DNA of 64,000 nt from NCBI GenBank assembly GCA_016867115.1, contig VGKG01000004.1:6536-70535 (forward strand). The letters are read 5' to 3'. The DNA comes from Candidatus Omnitrophota bacterium (GTDB lineage: Bacteria > Omnitrophota > Gorgyraeia > Gygaellales > Profunditerraquicolaceae). Made by a program: the position numbers and the translations under genes. The notes under the pieces were generated by a model that saw only the letters and a program-made list of their open reading frames with translations, ran no database searches and had not been told where the DNA came from. This document shows, one piece after another, positions 44,646 to 54,674 of the stretch (positions are counted from its first letter, which is position 1; the number at the start of each line of letters is the position of its first letter).

Positions 44646-45620
44646 CTAAATCTCCTCTCCTTTATAATATATCGGCACGCACCAGTGATTACTAGCTACC
44701 CAATCCGTGTTAGGCAATGAGTAGTTCTTCCCCATTATCTTATGACATGGCTGGTCATACACCTTGCCTGTCGATTTCTCAATCGGATCAAATACGATAT
44801 ACTTATAATATCCCGAGATCATCCCTTCAGGAAACTTCAGTCTATTGGGAAACCTGGGATCGAGATACTTTCTGGCATATTCGTTCTTCCATACGACAAT
44901 ATCATCGATCCTTGCCGTCTGCACACAACCGATAGCAGCAGTAAATTCATTCATACGGTAATTCAGGCCTTCGACTTTATATTCAAACTTACCGTAATTC
45001 CTGTATTTCCTGGAAAACTCAGCCAATCCTTTGTCATTAGTTACCAGCATTCCTCCTTCGCCGGTAGAGACGGTCTTGGTGGCATAGAAGGAATAAACCC
45101 CGGCATCTCCCCAGACCCCGGCCTTCTTATCGCCCCAGCTTGCACCATGCGCATGCGCGCAGTCTTCAAGGAGCCTGACGCCATTTTCTTTGCATAATTT
45201 CGCGATCTCATTCACTCTGAAGGCAATATGGCCGCCTATATGCACCAACCACACCGCAACCGGTTTATATTCCCTGATCTTCTCTTTAAGATCAGATAGA
45301 TCCATGCATAGATCGTCTTTTGCGCAGTCTACAAATTCCACCCTACCTCCTGCTTTGACTACACTTAAGGGCGTAGCCATAAAGGTGTTTGAGGGGCAGA
45401 GAACCGTTTTACCCTTTACTCCGTAATATTCCAATGCCGCCAGTGCTGCACCTCCCCAGCTGGAGAAGGCAACGGAATCTGCACCGTTATAGCTAGCCCA
45501 CTTCTCCTCAAACATCTTGGTAAACTTGCCTTCTGACCACTGCTGACAGGCAATGATTTCATCCCAATACTGGTGCAAGACTTTTAAATCCTCTTTTTCA
45601 AAACCGATGGTGAACTTCAT
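44646..45620 (-). CDS. DegT/DnrJ/EryC1/StrS aminotransferase
   Basis: FSSWGGAALAALEYYGVKGKTVLCPSNTFMATPLSVVKAGGRVEFVD … EDCAHAHG. Confidence 0.8.
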   Translation of the reverse strand: MKFTIGFEKEDLKVLHQYWDEIIACQQWSEGKFTKMFEEKWASYNGADSVAFSSWGGAALAALEYYGVKGKTVLCPSNTFMATPLSVVKAGGRVEFVDCAKDDLCMDLSDLKEKIREYKPVAVWLVHIGGHIAFRVNEIAKLCKENGVRLLEDCAHAHGASWGDKKAGVWGDAGVYSFYATKTVSTGEGGMLVTNDKGLAEFSRKYRNYGKFEYKVEGLNYRMNEFTAAIGCVQTARIDDIVVWKNEYARKYLDPRFPNRLKFPEGMISGYYKYIVFDPIEKSTGKVYDQPCHKIMGKNYSLPNTDWVASNHWCVPIYYKGEEI

Positions 45621-45657
45621 AAATCCTCCTTCTAAAACGGGTTAACCTGTCCGATTC

Positions 45658-46491
45658 CTACGCGTTCTTTTTTTGACTCTCCCACCATTCCATAAGAAAA
45701 GTTGAAAAAACTCCAAGCATTAAAGCGAATATAGCTGCAATAACGATTTTTTCTTTTTTACTTATCCCTAAAGGATATGGCAAGCTAACGGCATGATCTT
45801 GTATTCCAAATTCTTTGGCCTCTGCAAGTATCATCTGTATATCTTTACGTTGGCTTTTTAGCAAAGAAAGACGATTTTCAAAAGCAGGGATAGCGTTCTG
45901 CAAAAGGTTTATTTTTAAGTTCATTCCTGCTTGATTCAAATTATTGCGCGATTGAGGAAATTCGCCAATTAAGCTCTTTGTTAATTTTATATTTGAATCG
46001 GTAGATTGAATTTCCTGCTCTAATTCTTTCAGGCGCTCGGTAATAAGCATTATCCTCTTTTCGTAAAGGGCCTGACCGTAAGAAATAAGTCTTACTGGAA
46101 GCGATTCATTTATTCTTTGTGCGTTATCCTGGCTATCAAAATGCACATTAATTCTTAGTAAATTTGAATTAGCGACATCTTCAATTACAATCTGGTTCTT
46201 TAAAGAAACTGGGTTGGCATTAAGGTTCAGTTCCTTAATTACTGCTTGCAAGTTATCCAGGCTTAAGAGTAGCTCTTTTGCTTCTTCTTTAGTGATAAGC
46301 GGCTCATCAATGCTCCCAAGCCGAATCAAAGAAACCGACTCATATGTTTTATGCGCCTTAAGGCTCATTATTGCTGCAGCTATAACCGTAGCAAAAAAAA
46401 CCGTCAGGAAGATCTTCTTTCTTTTCATAATGACATTTACGTAATCACCTAAATTTCTTTCATCAACAATCGGCCCTTTTTGGTTGTCCAT
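45658..46491 (-). CDS. Polysaccharide chain-length determinant (Wzz-like) protein
   Basis: The N-terminal Wzz pattern (DERNLGDYVNVIMKRKKIFLTVFFATVIAAAIMSL) with a TM helix at each end and a coiled-coil periplasmic region. Confidence 0.6.
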   Translation of the reverse strand: MDNQKGPIVDERNLGDYVNVIMKRKKIFLTVFFATVIAAAIMSLKAHKTYESVSLIRLGSIDEPLITKEEAKELLLSLDNLQAVIKELNLNANPVSLKNQIVIEDVANSNLLRINVHFDSQDNAQRINESLPVRLISYGQALYEKRIMLITERLKELEQEIQSTDSNIKLTKSLIGEFPQSRNNLNQAGMNLKINLLQNAIPAFENRLSLLKSQRKDIQMILAEAKEFGIQDHAVSLPYPLGISKKEKIVIAAIFALMLGVFSTFLMEWWESQKKNA

Positions 46492-46509
46492 TTATGTTCC
46501 CCCTTGAGA

Positions 46510-46851
46510 TTATAAGTCTCCTTTGGCTTTTTTTGCGGCCAGATAATCCCATTCCTGTTTCATCAGGTAATACTCTTCTTCTTTCTTTTTGAGGAAGATT
46601 TGCATCAGCTGCATTTTATGCTCAAATCCTTCCTTGGTGAGATGATAGTGTATCTTGCTCATCTTGCCGGGTTTGGTAGTAAAATTTTTAATCTCGACAA
46701 AGCCTTTTTCGATGAGGTTCTTTATGAGGTAATTGGTTTTACCTAAAGAAATGCCGATCCGGTCAGAGAGCTGCCGCTGGGTAAGGCTCGGCTCTGCCTC
46801 GATATGACGGATAATATGCAGGGTTTCTTCTTTTGGGGGTTGTTCAAGCAT
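46510..46851 (-). CDS. EPS-associated MarR-family (winged-helix) transcriptional regulator
   Basis: 113 aa. LTQRQLSDRIGISLGKTNYLIKNLIEKGFVEI helix-turn-helix. It is the first gene of the island. Confidence 0.7.
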   Translation of the reverse strand: MLEQPPKEETLHIIRHIEAEPSLTQRQLSDRIGISLGKTNYLIKNLIEKGFVEIKNFTTKPGKMSKIHYHLTKEGFEHKMQLMQIFLKKKEEEYYLMKQEWDYLAAKKAKGDL

Positions 46852-46858
46852 TGAACAG

Positions 46859-46886
46859 ATTATAGCCTTTTTATGCTAAGTGTCAA
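46859..46886 (-). promoter_or_regulatory. Near-consensus sigma70 promoter (TTGACA-16 nt-TATAAT) ending 7 nt upstream of the MarR-like ATG, suggesting a leaderless mRNA
   Basis: The minus strand reads ccTTGACActtagcataaaaaggcTATAATctgttcaATGcttgaa. -35 is at 46881-46886 and -10 at 46859-46864. Confidence 0.5.
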
Positions 46887-46958
46887 GGATTTTATTAAGT
46901 TTTTAGGCAGGATTTATAATTTTATCAGGTATGTAACTTACTGAAAAATAAGTAGCTA

Positions 46959-46989
46959 TAAAAACGGATGGGAACATATACCCACCCGT
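46959..46989 (-). terminator. Rho-independent terminator downstream of gap
   Basis: The minus strand reads ACGGGTGGG-tatatgtt-CCCATCCGT followed by TTTTTAT. The stem is 9 bp with one mismatch. Confidence 0.6.
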
Positions 46990-47015
46990 TCAACTGCTGA
47001 ACAATAATTATCTGC

Positions 47016-48080
<1,065 letters not shown>

Positions 48081-48101
48081 TCAGTTATTAGCGATCAGAG
48101 T

Positions 48102-49097
48102 TTATTTTTCCCGAAGATACCTTGCGGCCAGTTCAGGCGGGGTGGGAACAAGGTAAAAACCTGAGCCCCATTCAAAACCTGCCACGCGCATCAGCTTTGG
48201 CATAAACTCGATGTGCCAGTGATAACCCTCTGTCCCGGATTCGCCGTTTACGGGTGCAGAATGGATGATGAAATTGTACGACAGGCCCGCAAATATGCCC
48301 TTGAACCTGGTGATAGTCTCCTTAAGCATGGAGGCCAGGGACGGCACCTCCTCCGCCAGGATATTGCAGAAACTATTGCTGTGTTTCTTGGGCATGATCC
48401 AGGCCTCAAAAGGGAAACGCGAAATAAAGGGGCAGAAAGAAAGGAAATGTTTATTCTCTGAAATGATCCTCTCCTTATCCTGGATCTCCTGCCTGACTAT
48501 ATCGCAATAGATGCAGCGCTCGCGGTACTCGTAGTAATTCTGCGCCCCCTTGATCTCTTCTGCGGCGCTCTTAGGCACCATGGGCAGCGCGATGATCTGG
48601 GTGTGCGGATGCTCAAGCGATGCCCCGGCTGCCGCTCCGAAGTTCTTAAAGATCATAATGTATTTAAAACGCTTATCCCTGGCCAGGTCAAGCGCCCTGC
48701 GGCAGTACATGAGCAGGAAGTTCTCCACTTCCTGGTCAAGGAGGTCAGATATGTCTTTCTGATGGTAGGGGGTCTCGATCAACACCTCATGCGCGCCGAC
48801 GCCATTTGACATATCGTAAATGCCCAGCCCGCGCCTGTCCAGCTCCCCTTCGATCTGCAGCGCCGGGAACTTATTGGAGACAACGCGCACCTGCCAGCCC
48901 GGGGTATTGGGGCTGGTGTGCGGGTCGCGGATCGCTTCGATCTCGGGAGGGGTCATGGATTCGTTGCCGTAACAGAACGGACAGGCCCCGCCCCGCCAGT
49001 TGAGCGGCTCGTATTCATAATCCTCGGGCCGGTGCGGGTGGTCCGTATCCACGATGACCCAGCGGCCTCCGATGGGGTCTCTCCTCAATTCCGACAT
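48102..49097 (-). CDS. Galactose-1-phosphate uridylyltransferase-like (GalT/HIT superfamily) protein
   Basis: CPFC zinc knuckle and HPHTQI (HxHxQ) active-site motif. 331 aa. Ends 36 nt upstream of gap. Confidence 0.85.
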   Translation of the reverse strand: MSELRRDPIGGRWVIVDTDHPHRPEDYEYEPLNWRGGACPFCYGNESMTPPEIEAIRDPHTSPNTPGWQVRVVSNKFPALQIEGELDRRGLGIYDMSNGVGAHEVLIETPYHQKDISDLLDQEVENFLLMYCRRALDLARDKRFKYIMIFKNFGAAAGASLEHPHTQIIALPMVPKSAAEEIKGAQNYYEYRERCIYCDIVRQEIQDKERIISENKHFLSFCPFISRFPFEAWIMPKKHSNSFCNILAEEVPSLASMLKETITRFKGIFAGLSYNFIIHSAPVNGESGTEGYHWHIEFMPKLMRVAGFEWGSGFYLVPTPPELAARYLREK

Positions 49098-49098
49098 C

Positions 49099-50127
49099 TT
49101 AGACCTCTACCTCTCTTAAAAACTTCGCCGCATCCTCGGGCGTAAGCGGGCAGATATAAAAGCCGGTGCCCCATTCAAAGCCCGCTACGCGCGTCAGGCG
49201 CGGGATGATCTCGATGTGCCAGTGATAATCGTAATCCACGCTCTTCCAGTATCCTGCCTTGCTGGGCCGGCGGAAGGGCGCGGAATGGATCACGTAATTG
49301 TATGCCGGGTCGTTCAGCCCTTTTTTGAGCTTTAAAAGCACCTGTTTCATGATGCGCGCAAGGTCCCTGCGCCGGTCCTGCTCAAGCGCGGTGAAATCGC
49401 AGGAGTGCTTCTTGGGCATGATCCAGACCTCGAAGGGGAACCTTGAGGCAAAGGGCGAGATGGCGATGAAACCGTCAATATCCAGGATCATCCTGTCTTT
49501 TGAGGACATCTCCTGCTTGATGATGTCGCAGAAGACGCAACGCTCGTGATAGTCATAATAAAAGTGGGCGCCCGAAAGCTCTTCTTTCACCCTTTTGGGG
49601 TTGACCGGGGTGGCGATCAGCTGGGATCTTGAATGTTTGACCCTGCCTCCGCCCGAAGACCAGCCGTAATTTTTAAAGACCAGGACGTATTTAAAGCGCC
49701 TGTCCTTCTCAAGATCGAGCATCCGGTCGATGTAGCAGGTAATGACCCTTGAGATCTGCTCTTCGCTAATGTCGGCCATATTGGCGATGTGTTTATTGGT
49801 CTCAATCACCACTTCATGCGCGCCGATGCCGTTCATCAGGTCATAGAGGCCCTTGCCCCTGCGCTCAAGGTCGCCTTCGATCTTAAGGAACGGGGAGATA
49901 CTGGGGACCACCCTTAATTCCCAACCAGGAGAATTGGCAGGGCTGCCTCTTGGCCTGACGGAATAGATTTCGGGGGGGGTGGAGTCTTCCGCGCCTTCGC
50001 AAAAAGGGCAGGCAGTCTCGGCAGGAGCCTCGGCATAAGAACTGCTGAACTGATCGGGCCGTTTTGCCCGCTCAGTAGCGATGATCACCCATCTTCCGAT
50101 AATCGGGTCTTTTCTTAGCTCAGGCAT
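49099..50127 (-). CDS. GalT-family paralog with altered active-site motif (HSRSQ instead of HPHxQ)
   Basis: 342 aa. Collinear with the neighbouring GalT (CPFC knuckle conserved; …VFKNYGWSSGGGRVKHSRSQLIATP aligns to …IFKNFGAAAGASLEHPHTQIIALP). Confidence 0.8.
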   Translation of the reverse strand: MPELRKDPIIGRWVIIATERAKRPDQFSSSYAEAPAETACPFCEGAEDSTPPEIYSVRPRGSPANSPGWELRVVPSISPFLKIEGDLERRGKGLYDLMNGIGAHEVVIETNKHIANMADISEEQISRVITCYIDRMLDLEKDRRFKYVLVFKNYGWSSGGGRVKHSRSQLIATPVNPKRVKEELSGAHFYYDYHERCVFCDIIKQEMSSKDRMILDIDGFIAISPFASRFPFEVWIMPKKHSCDFTALEQDRRRDLARIMKQVLLKLKKGLNDPAYNYVIHSAPFRRPSKAGYWKSVDYDYHWHIEIIPRLTRVAGFEWGTGFYICPLTPEDAAKFLREVEV

Positions 50128-50133
50128 GCGGAT

Positions 50134-50164
50134 AATTCCAAATTAAAATTATGAATTTCAAATT
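50134..50164. repeat. Pair of palindromic AT-rich 11-mers (AATTCCAAATT … AATTTCAAATT) in the 5' region of the galT-galT-gap operon
   Basis: Read directly. The same two 11-mers (AATTTGAAATT, AATTTGGAATT) recur at 1500-1530 in the opposite orientation. Confidence 0.4.
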
Positions 50165-50215
50165 GATAAGATTTATTTAAGTTTTTTATTATAGCACGCG
50201 GAAGCCGTTATGCAA

Positions 50216-51160
50216 TTATTTTTTGGAGAATCTTTCGCCGGCTTTGATCTTATGGCCGGCAACAAACTCCCCTGCGGCCATCCTCCTCTTTCCGGCTATC
50301 TGTAACTCCTCGATAGCCAGCCACTTATCCTGACAGGCGACCACGATACCGCTTTTATCCGCGGTTATGATCTCACCCGGTACTTTGCCTTTAAGCTCAG
50401 ACCAAGGTTCGGTTACGCGCGCCTGATAGATCTTTAACAATTTGCCTTTATAATAGGTAAAGGCCCCCGGCCAGTCAAAAAGGCCGCGTATCTGATTATT
50501 GATCCGGAGGGCGGATCCATTCCAATCGATTGCGCCGTCCTCTTTTTTGAGTTTTGGCGCGTAAGTAGCCAGGCGCTCATCCTGCCCTTCTAATTTATAA
50601 TTATTTTTTTCGATCAGCTCAAGGGTTTCAAGCAAGCCTTCCTGCGCCAGGCGCGCCAGTTTCTCTCCGAGGCTGAGCGCGTTATCTTTATCTTCGATCG
50701 CGATCTCTTTCTTCAGTGCTACCGGCCCGGCATCCATTTTGGCGACCAGCTTCATTACTGTAACGCCGCTTTTGGCATCGCCGTTAATGATCGCCCAGTT
50801 TATGGGCGCTGCACCCCGCAGTTCCGGAAGCAGCGAGGCGTGGACATTAATACAGAATATCTTCGGCAGGGCCAGGATGCTCTCCGAGAGTATCTGGCCG
50901 TAGGCGATCACCACAAATAAATCAGCCGCGATCCCCTTCAGGAACCCTATCGTTTCTATGCTATTCACTTTATCCGGATGATAGAGCTTAAGCCCTGCCT
51001 CCAGCGCTGCCTGTTTGACCGCCGTCCCCTCAAGGTGCAGGCCCCTTCCCTTTTTGCGGTCAGGCTGGGTCACTACGCAGAGCACCTTATGAGGGCTGGC
51101 GATCAAACCCTTCAGTGCAGGAACCGCGAAAGCATCGCTTCCAAAGAAAACAATATTCAT
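50216..51160 (-). CDS. fmt: Methionyl-tRNA formyltransferase
   Basis: MNIVFFGSDAFAVPALKGL…VVTQPDRKKGRG and the C-terminal domain. 314 aa. Confidence 0.9.
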   Translation of the reverse strand: MNIVFFGSDAFAVPALKGLIASPHKVLCVVTQPDRKKGRGLHLEGTAVKQAALEAGLKLYHPDKVNSIETIGFLKGIAADLFVVIAYGQILSESILALPKIFCINVHASLLPELRGAAPINWAIINGDAKSGVTVMKLVAKMDAGPVALKKEIAIEDKDNALSLGEKLARLAQEGLLETLELIEKNNYKLEGQDERLATYAPKLKKEDGAIDWNGSALRINNQIRGLFDWPGAFTYYKGKLLKIYQARVTEPWSELKGKVPGEIITADKSGIVVACQDKWLAIEELQIAGKRRMAAGEFVAGHKIKAGERFSKK

Positions 51161-51196
51161 ATTTTACCCAGCGTAGTGCATACTGTCTACAATCGT

Positions 51197-53047
51197 TTAC
51201 AGTGGATCAACATCTACGGTCACTATTATACCTGAATGACGAAAGTCTTTTAAGCGCTTTTTCAGGAAGGCGCATCCTTTAACCGGATCTTTTACGCTGA
51301 TGAGCACCTGCCAGTAGTAATTACCCCTTAATTTGGGAGGCTCTCCCCGGGAGGCCTGAAGGACCCTGACCCCCTTTGGCTGCGGGGGCTCTTTCAGCAA
51401 CTCGCGCAGCTTAAGGGCGCTCTCCTCTGTGCGCTCGGCACTCCTTGCGCGCAACTTCACCAGCATCAGGTGCCGGAAGGGAGGAAAGGAGAGTTCCCTC
51501 CTGTGCCTGAGCTCTTCGGTGTAAAACCTCTCCGGGTCCCTCTCCAATAATGCCCTGAAACAATAGTGGCTGTGGAGGCCCGTCTCGATAAGCATCTTCT
51601 TTGCGGTCCTTGCGGCAAGCTGGTCAAGGATCAAGAATGTCCGGGTAGCCGCATCCAGCTCCGGACGGCCGAGGGTATTATCCGCATTCAGGACCGCGGT
51701 CAGGTCAAAATCAGGCGACTGCTGCCTGGTGATAAAACTGGTAGCTACGTAGATATCCGCGTCCCGGTTAAAGCCTTGCGCCCTTTTATCGAGCCTGACA
51801 ATGCGCGCGGACGGAAAAAGGCGCGCCAGTTCGCTCTCTATCTTTTCCGTGCCTGCGCCGCCGAACTTTATATATCCGGAATTACATGCCGGGCACATCT
51901 TCGGCGCCGGCATCCTGAAGCTGCAATAACGGCAGCCCAAGAAGCCCTCCTTGAAATGATAGACCAGGTTTATATCGCAGCGCGGGCACTTAAGCGCAGC
52001 ACCGCATGTCGAGCAGGAGGCGCTGGTGGCAAAACCTTTACGGTTGAGAAAAAGTAGCACTTTTTCGCTGCCGGCCAGGCTTGCGCCGATGGCGTCCTGG
52101 ATATATTTGGATAAAGCGCCTGTCTCCTGTTTTTTCCCGCGGTATCTCCTCTCGGGGCTGATGAGCTTTATTTCGGGACGAGGCGAGACGGATGGGCTGC
52201 GTAAATACCCGATTTTGCCGCTTCTGGCCAGATATACGCTTTCCAGTGAGAATGCACAGCCGGCCAGGACTACCTTTGCGCCTTCAAGCGCAGAACGCAT
52301 AAAGGCAACGCGACGGGCATGATAATGCGGCACCTGGTCCTGCTTGTAAACAGAGGCATCCTCTTCGTCTATGATGATCAGCCCTAAATTGCTTAAGGGT
52401 GCAAATATCGCCGAGCGCACGCCCACCACGACGTTGACCTCGCCGGCCCTGACCTTACGCCAGGTCTCAAGCTCCTCTTTTCCCTTACGCAATAATATCC
52501 CTACGGATGCCCCCGGAAGCAAGCTGAAAGAAGATGCGGCATCAAGGCAGGTATTTATGTCGGGGAACAGGACGATCGCTGACCGGCCGGCCTTTAATGT
52601 CAGGCTGACCTCGCCAAGGTAATGATTGAGCCTGGATTTAAGCGCCGGCTCATAGAGCAGGCCCCCCTGCAAAGCGGCCTTTCTTACGGCGCAACCGCTT
52701 TTGTTTATGCCCGTTACCTGCCTGAACTTCCTTAAGGCCGCAGGCAGCGCCGTCTCAATGGCCTCGCCCCACGAACAGCAATAATAGCGCGATACCTGAT
52801 GAGTCAGCTCAAGCAACCGCGCATCCAGCACAGGATTGTCGTCAAGGAGCCGGGTGATCTTTTTAAGGTTCCTGACCCGGCTTTTGGAGGAGAGCCCGAC
52901 GACATAACCGGTTTTTCTGCGGCGGCAGAAATCCACCTCCACCCGGAAACCCGGATCTATCAAGTCCTGCGATTCTTCGGGGACGATATAATCAAAGGGG
53001 CCTTCAACCGCAAGCCCCAGCACTACCTTCGCATACAGCATGAGCAA
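51197..53047 (-). CDS. priA: Primosomal protein N' (replication restart helicase PriA)
   Basis: Helicase motifs (IIIDEEDASVYKQ) plus the Cys-rich zinc-binding insertion CSTCGAALKCPRCDINLVYH…CRYCSF…CPAC. 616 aa. Confidence 0.85.
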   Translation of the reverse strand: MLMLYAKVVLGLAVEGPFDYIVPEESQDLIDPGFRVEVDFCRRRKTGYVVGLSSKSRVRNLKKITRLLDDNPVLDARLLELTHQVSRYYCCSWGEAIETALPAALRKFRQVTGINKSGCAVRKAALQGGLLYEPALKSRLNHYLGEVSLTLKAGRSAIVLFPDINTCLDAASSFSLLPGASVGILLRKGKEELETWRKVRAGEVNVVVGVRSAIFAPLSNLGLIIIDEEDASVYKQDQVPHYHARRVAFMRSALEGAKVVLAGCAFSLESVYLARSGKIGYLRSPSVSPRPEIKLISPERRYRGKKQETGALSKYIQDAIGASLAGSEKVLLFLNRKGFATSASCSTCGAALKCPRCDINLVYHFKEGFLGCRYCSFRMPAPKMCPACNSGYIKFGGAGTEKIESELARLFPSARIVRLDKRAQGFNRDADIYVATSFITRQQSPDFDLTAVLNADNTLGRPELDAATRTFLILDQLAARTAKKMLIETGLHSHYCFRALLERDPERFYTEELRHRRELSFPPFRHLMLVKLRARSAERTEESALKLRELLKEPPQPKGVRVLQASRGEPPKLRGNYYWQVLISVKDPVKGCAFLKKRLKDFRHSGIIVTVDVDPL

Positions 53048-54120
53048 ATCTCTCCCAGGGTATCCGTCTTCTTTATCTTTCTGATATTCTCCCTTACTTT
53101 CTCTATCTCCTGCGGATGATCGCGATAATACAGGACCCTGCGCTTTAGCTCCCTAAGAGAACGGGGGCTTAAGCCGATACCGCACTTCTTTAAGATAGCG
53201 GCGTTCTGCGCCTCCTGGCCGGGCACGGTGAAGATGAATACCGGCGGCAGTTCCATGCTTAAGATCTCCGAGACGGTCAGCCCGCCGGGCTTGGTGATGA
53301 TCAGGTCTGAAACCGCCATCAGTTCATGTATATTATCTACAAAACCGTAGGCAAAGACACCGGAAAGACCTTTTTTCTTCAATCTTTCATAAAGCCCGCT
53401 GTTTCCTGCCGAGACTACCAGCACCTGCACCTCGCCCGCAAGCATCTTTGCGATGCGCTCTAGAGGGCCCAGCCCGAAAGAGCCGGTCATCAAAAGGACC
53501 GTAAACGCATCTTTTCTTATGCCCAATTTTTCGCATAGACTGCTGCGGTCATACTCCAGGATGAACTTGGGCTCTATAGGGATACCGCAGACTTTGATCG
53601 CCGATTCCCTGATCCCCGAACCCAGCAGGCGCTGCCGGGAGGATTCGGTGGCCACGATATAAAGATCCACTCCTTTATAGACCCAGAAAGGATGCACGTC
53701 CAGGTCTGTGACTACGCAGATGATCCGGGAAGCGATCCTGCCATGCGCCTTTAAAGAGGCTGCAAGGCTCGAGGTCAGAAAATGCGTGGAGATAATAATA
53801 TCGGGATTTTCCCGGATAAGGAGATTGACGAAATCACGGGAGTTAAGGGAATCAAAAATGGAGACGGCCGGAAGGATAAGCCTGCGCACCGGCTCAAGGC
53901 CGGTGGCCCAGAAAATAAACCCCCATACCGACTGCAGATGTTCGACGAGAAAGGAATAACTCTGCGAATAAAAGGCGCGGTAAAGCGGGCCTGCCTCATC
54001 CAGCACATCGACAAACTTAAGCTCAATATCAGGGAACTTTTCACGGATATAAAGCCGCAGGGCCTGGGCAGCCTTGAAATGGCCTGCCCCTACGGAGGCA
54101 TAGGCAATGAGTATCTTCAT
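53023..54120 (-). CDS. Glycosyltransferase, MGDG-synthase/UgtP-like (GT28 family)
   Basis: MKILIAYASVGAGHFKAAQAL N-terminal signature plus a C-terminal GT-B half. Confidence 0.65.
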   Translation of the reverse strand: MKILIAYASVGAGHFKAAQALRLYIREKFPDIELKFVDVLDEAGPLYRAFYSQSYSFLVEHLQSVWGFIFWATGLEPVRRLILPAVSIFDSLNSRDFVNLLIRENPDIIISTHFLTSSLAASLKAHGRIASRIICVVTDLDVHPFWVYKGVDLYIVATESSRQRLLGSGIRESAIKVCGIPIEPKFILEYDRSSLCEKLGIRKDAFTVLLMTGSFGLGPLERIAKMLAGEVQVLVVSAGNSGLYERLKKKGLSGVFAYGFVDNIHELMAVSDLIITKPGGLTVSEILSMELPPVFIFTVPGQEAQNAAILKKCGIGLSPRSLRELKRRVLYYRDHPQEIEKVRENIRKIKKTDTLGEICSCCMRR

Positions 54121-54674
54121 TAATTTTTAAGGATTATATCCGCCGCCTCTTTGAGTCCTGCGGCAGTGAAATCAGGAAGATGTTCCCACTTCTTTGCGTT
54201 TGCGGGCTTCTCTTTTCCGGAGAATACCAGTATCGTCTTAAGGCCAGCCCGCTTTCCGGTCTCGACATCGCGGATAGTATCTCCGACGAAAAAACTCTCC
54301 GACAGGTCTACTTTTATGCCCCGCTTTTTCAGCCCCGAGAGGGCATTATCGACCAATCCGGTCATGGGCTTGCGGCAATCGCAGTTCTCCTCCTTGCGAT
54401 GGATGCAATAGTATACGCGGGATATACTAATACCGCTGCCCAGATTTTTGAGCATATTGCGCGTGATGAGCCTTAATTCCTTCTTTGAATAAATACCTTT
54501 TGAGACTCCGGCCTGGTTGGAGATGACGAAGATCTTAAAGCCGGCCCGGGTCAACTTCCGGAGCGGGGATTTTACGCGGGGCAAAAAACGGAACTCCTTC
54601 CAGGATTTCACGTATTGAAAATCGCCCGGATACCTATTGATCACCCCGTCACGGTCAAGGAATACCGCCCTCAT
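54120..54674 (-). CDS. gmhB: D-glycero-D-manno-heptose 1,7-bisphosphate phosphatase (HAD, GmhB-like)
   Basis: MRAVFLDRDGVIN … CDCRKP zinc motif. 184 aa. Confidence 0.8.
   Translation of the reverse strand: MRAVFLDRDGVINRYPGDFQYVKSWKEFRFLPRVKSPLRKLTRAGFKIFVISNQAGVSKGIYSKKELRLITRNMLKNLGSGISISRVYYCIHRKEENCDCRKPMTGLVDNALSGLKKRGIKVDLSESFFVGDTIRDVETGKRAGLKTILVFSGKEKPANAKKWEHLPDFTAAGLKEAADIILKN

Noticed and set aside
46852-47015. Possible mobile-element boundary (att site, integrase remnant) at the island edges
   Set aside because: No integrase or transposase ORF, tRNA gene or direct-repeat pair was seen at 46852-47015 or 5956-6239. The island hypothesis rests only on operon disruption and promoter/terminator placement.
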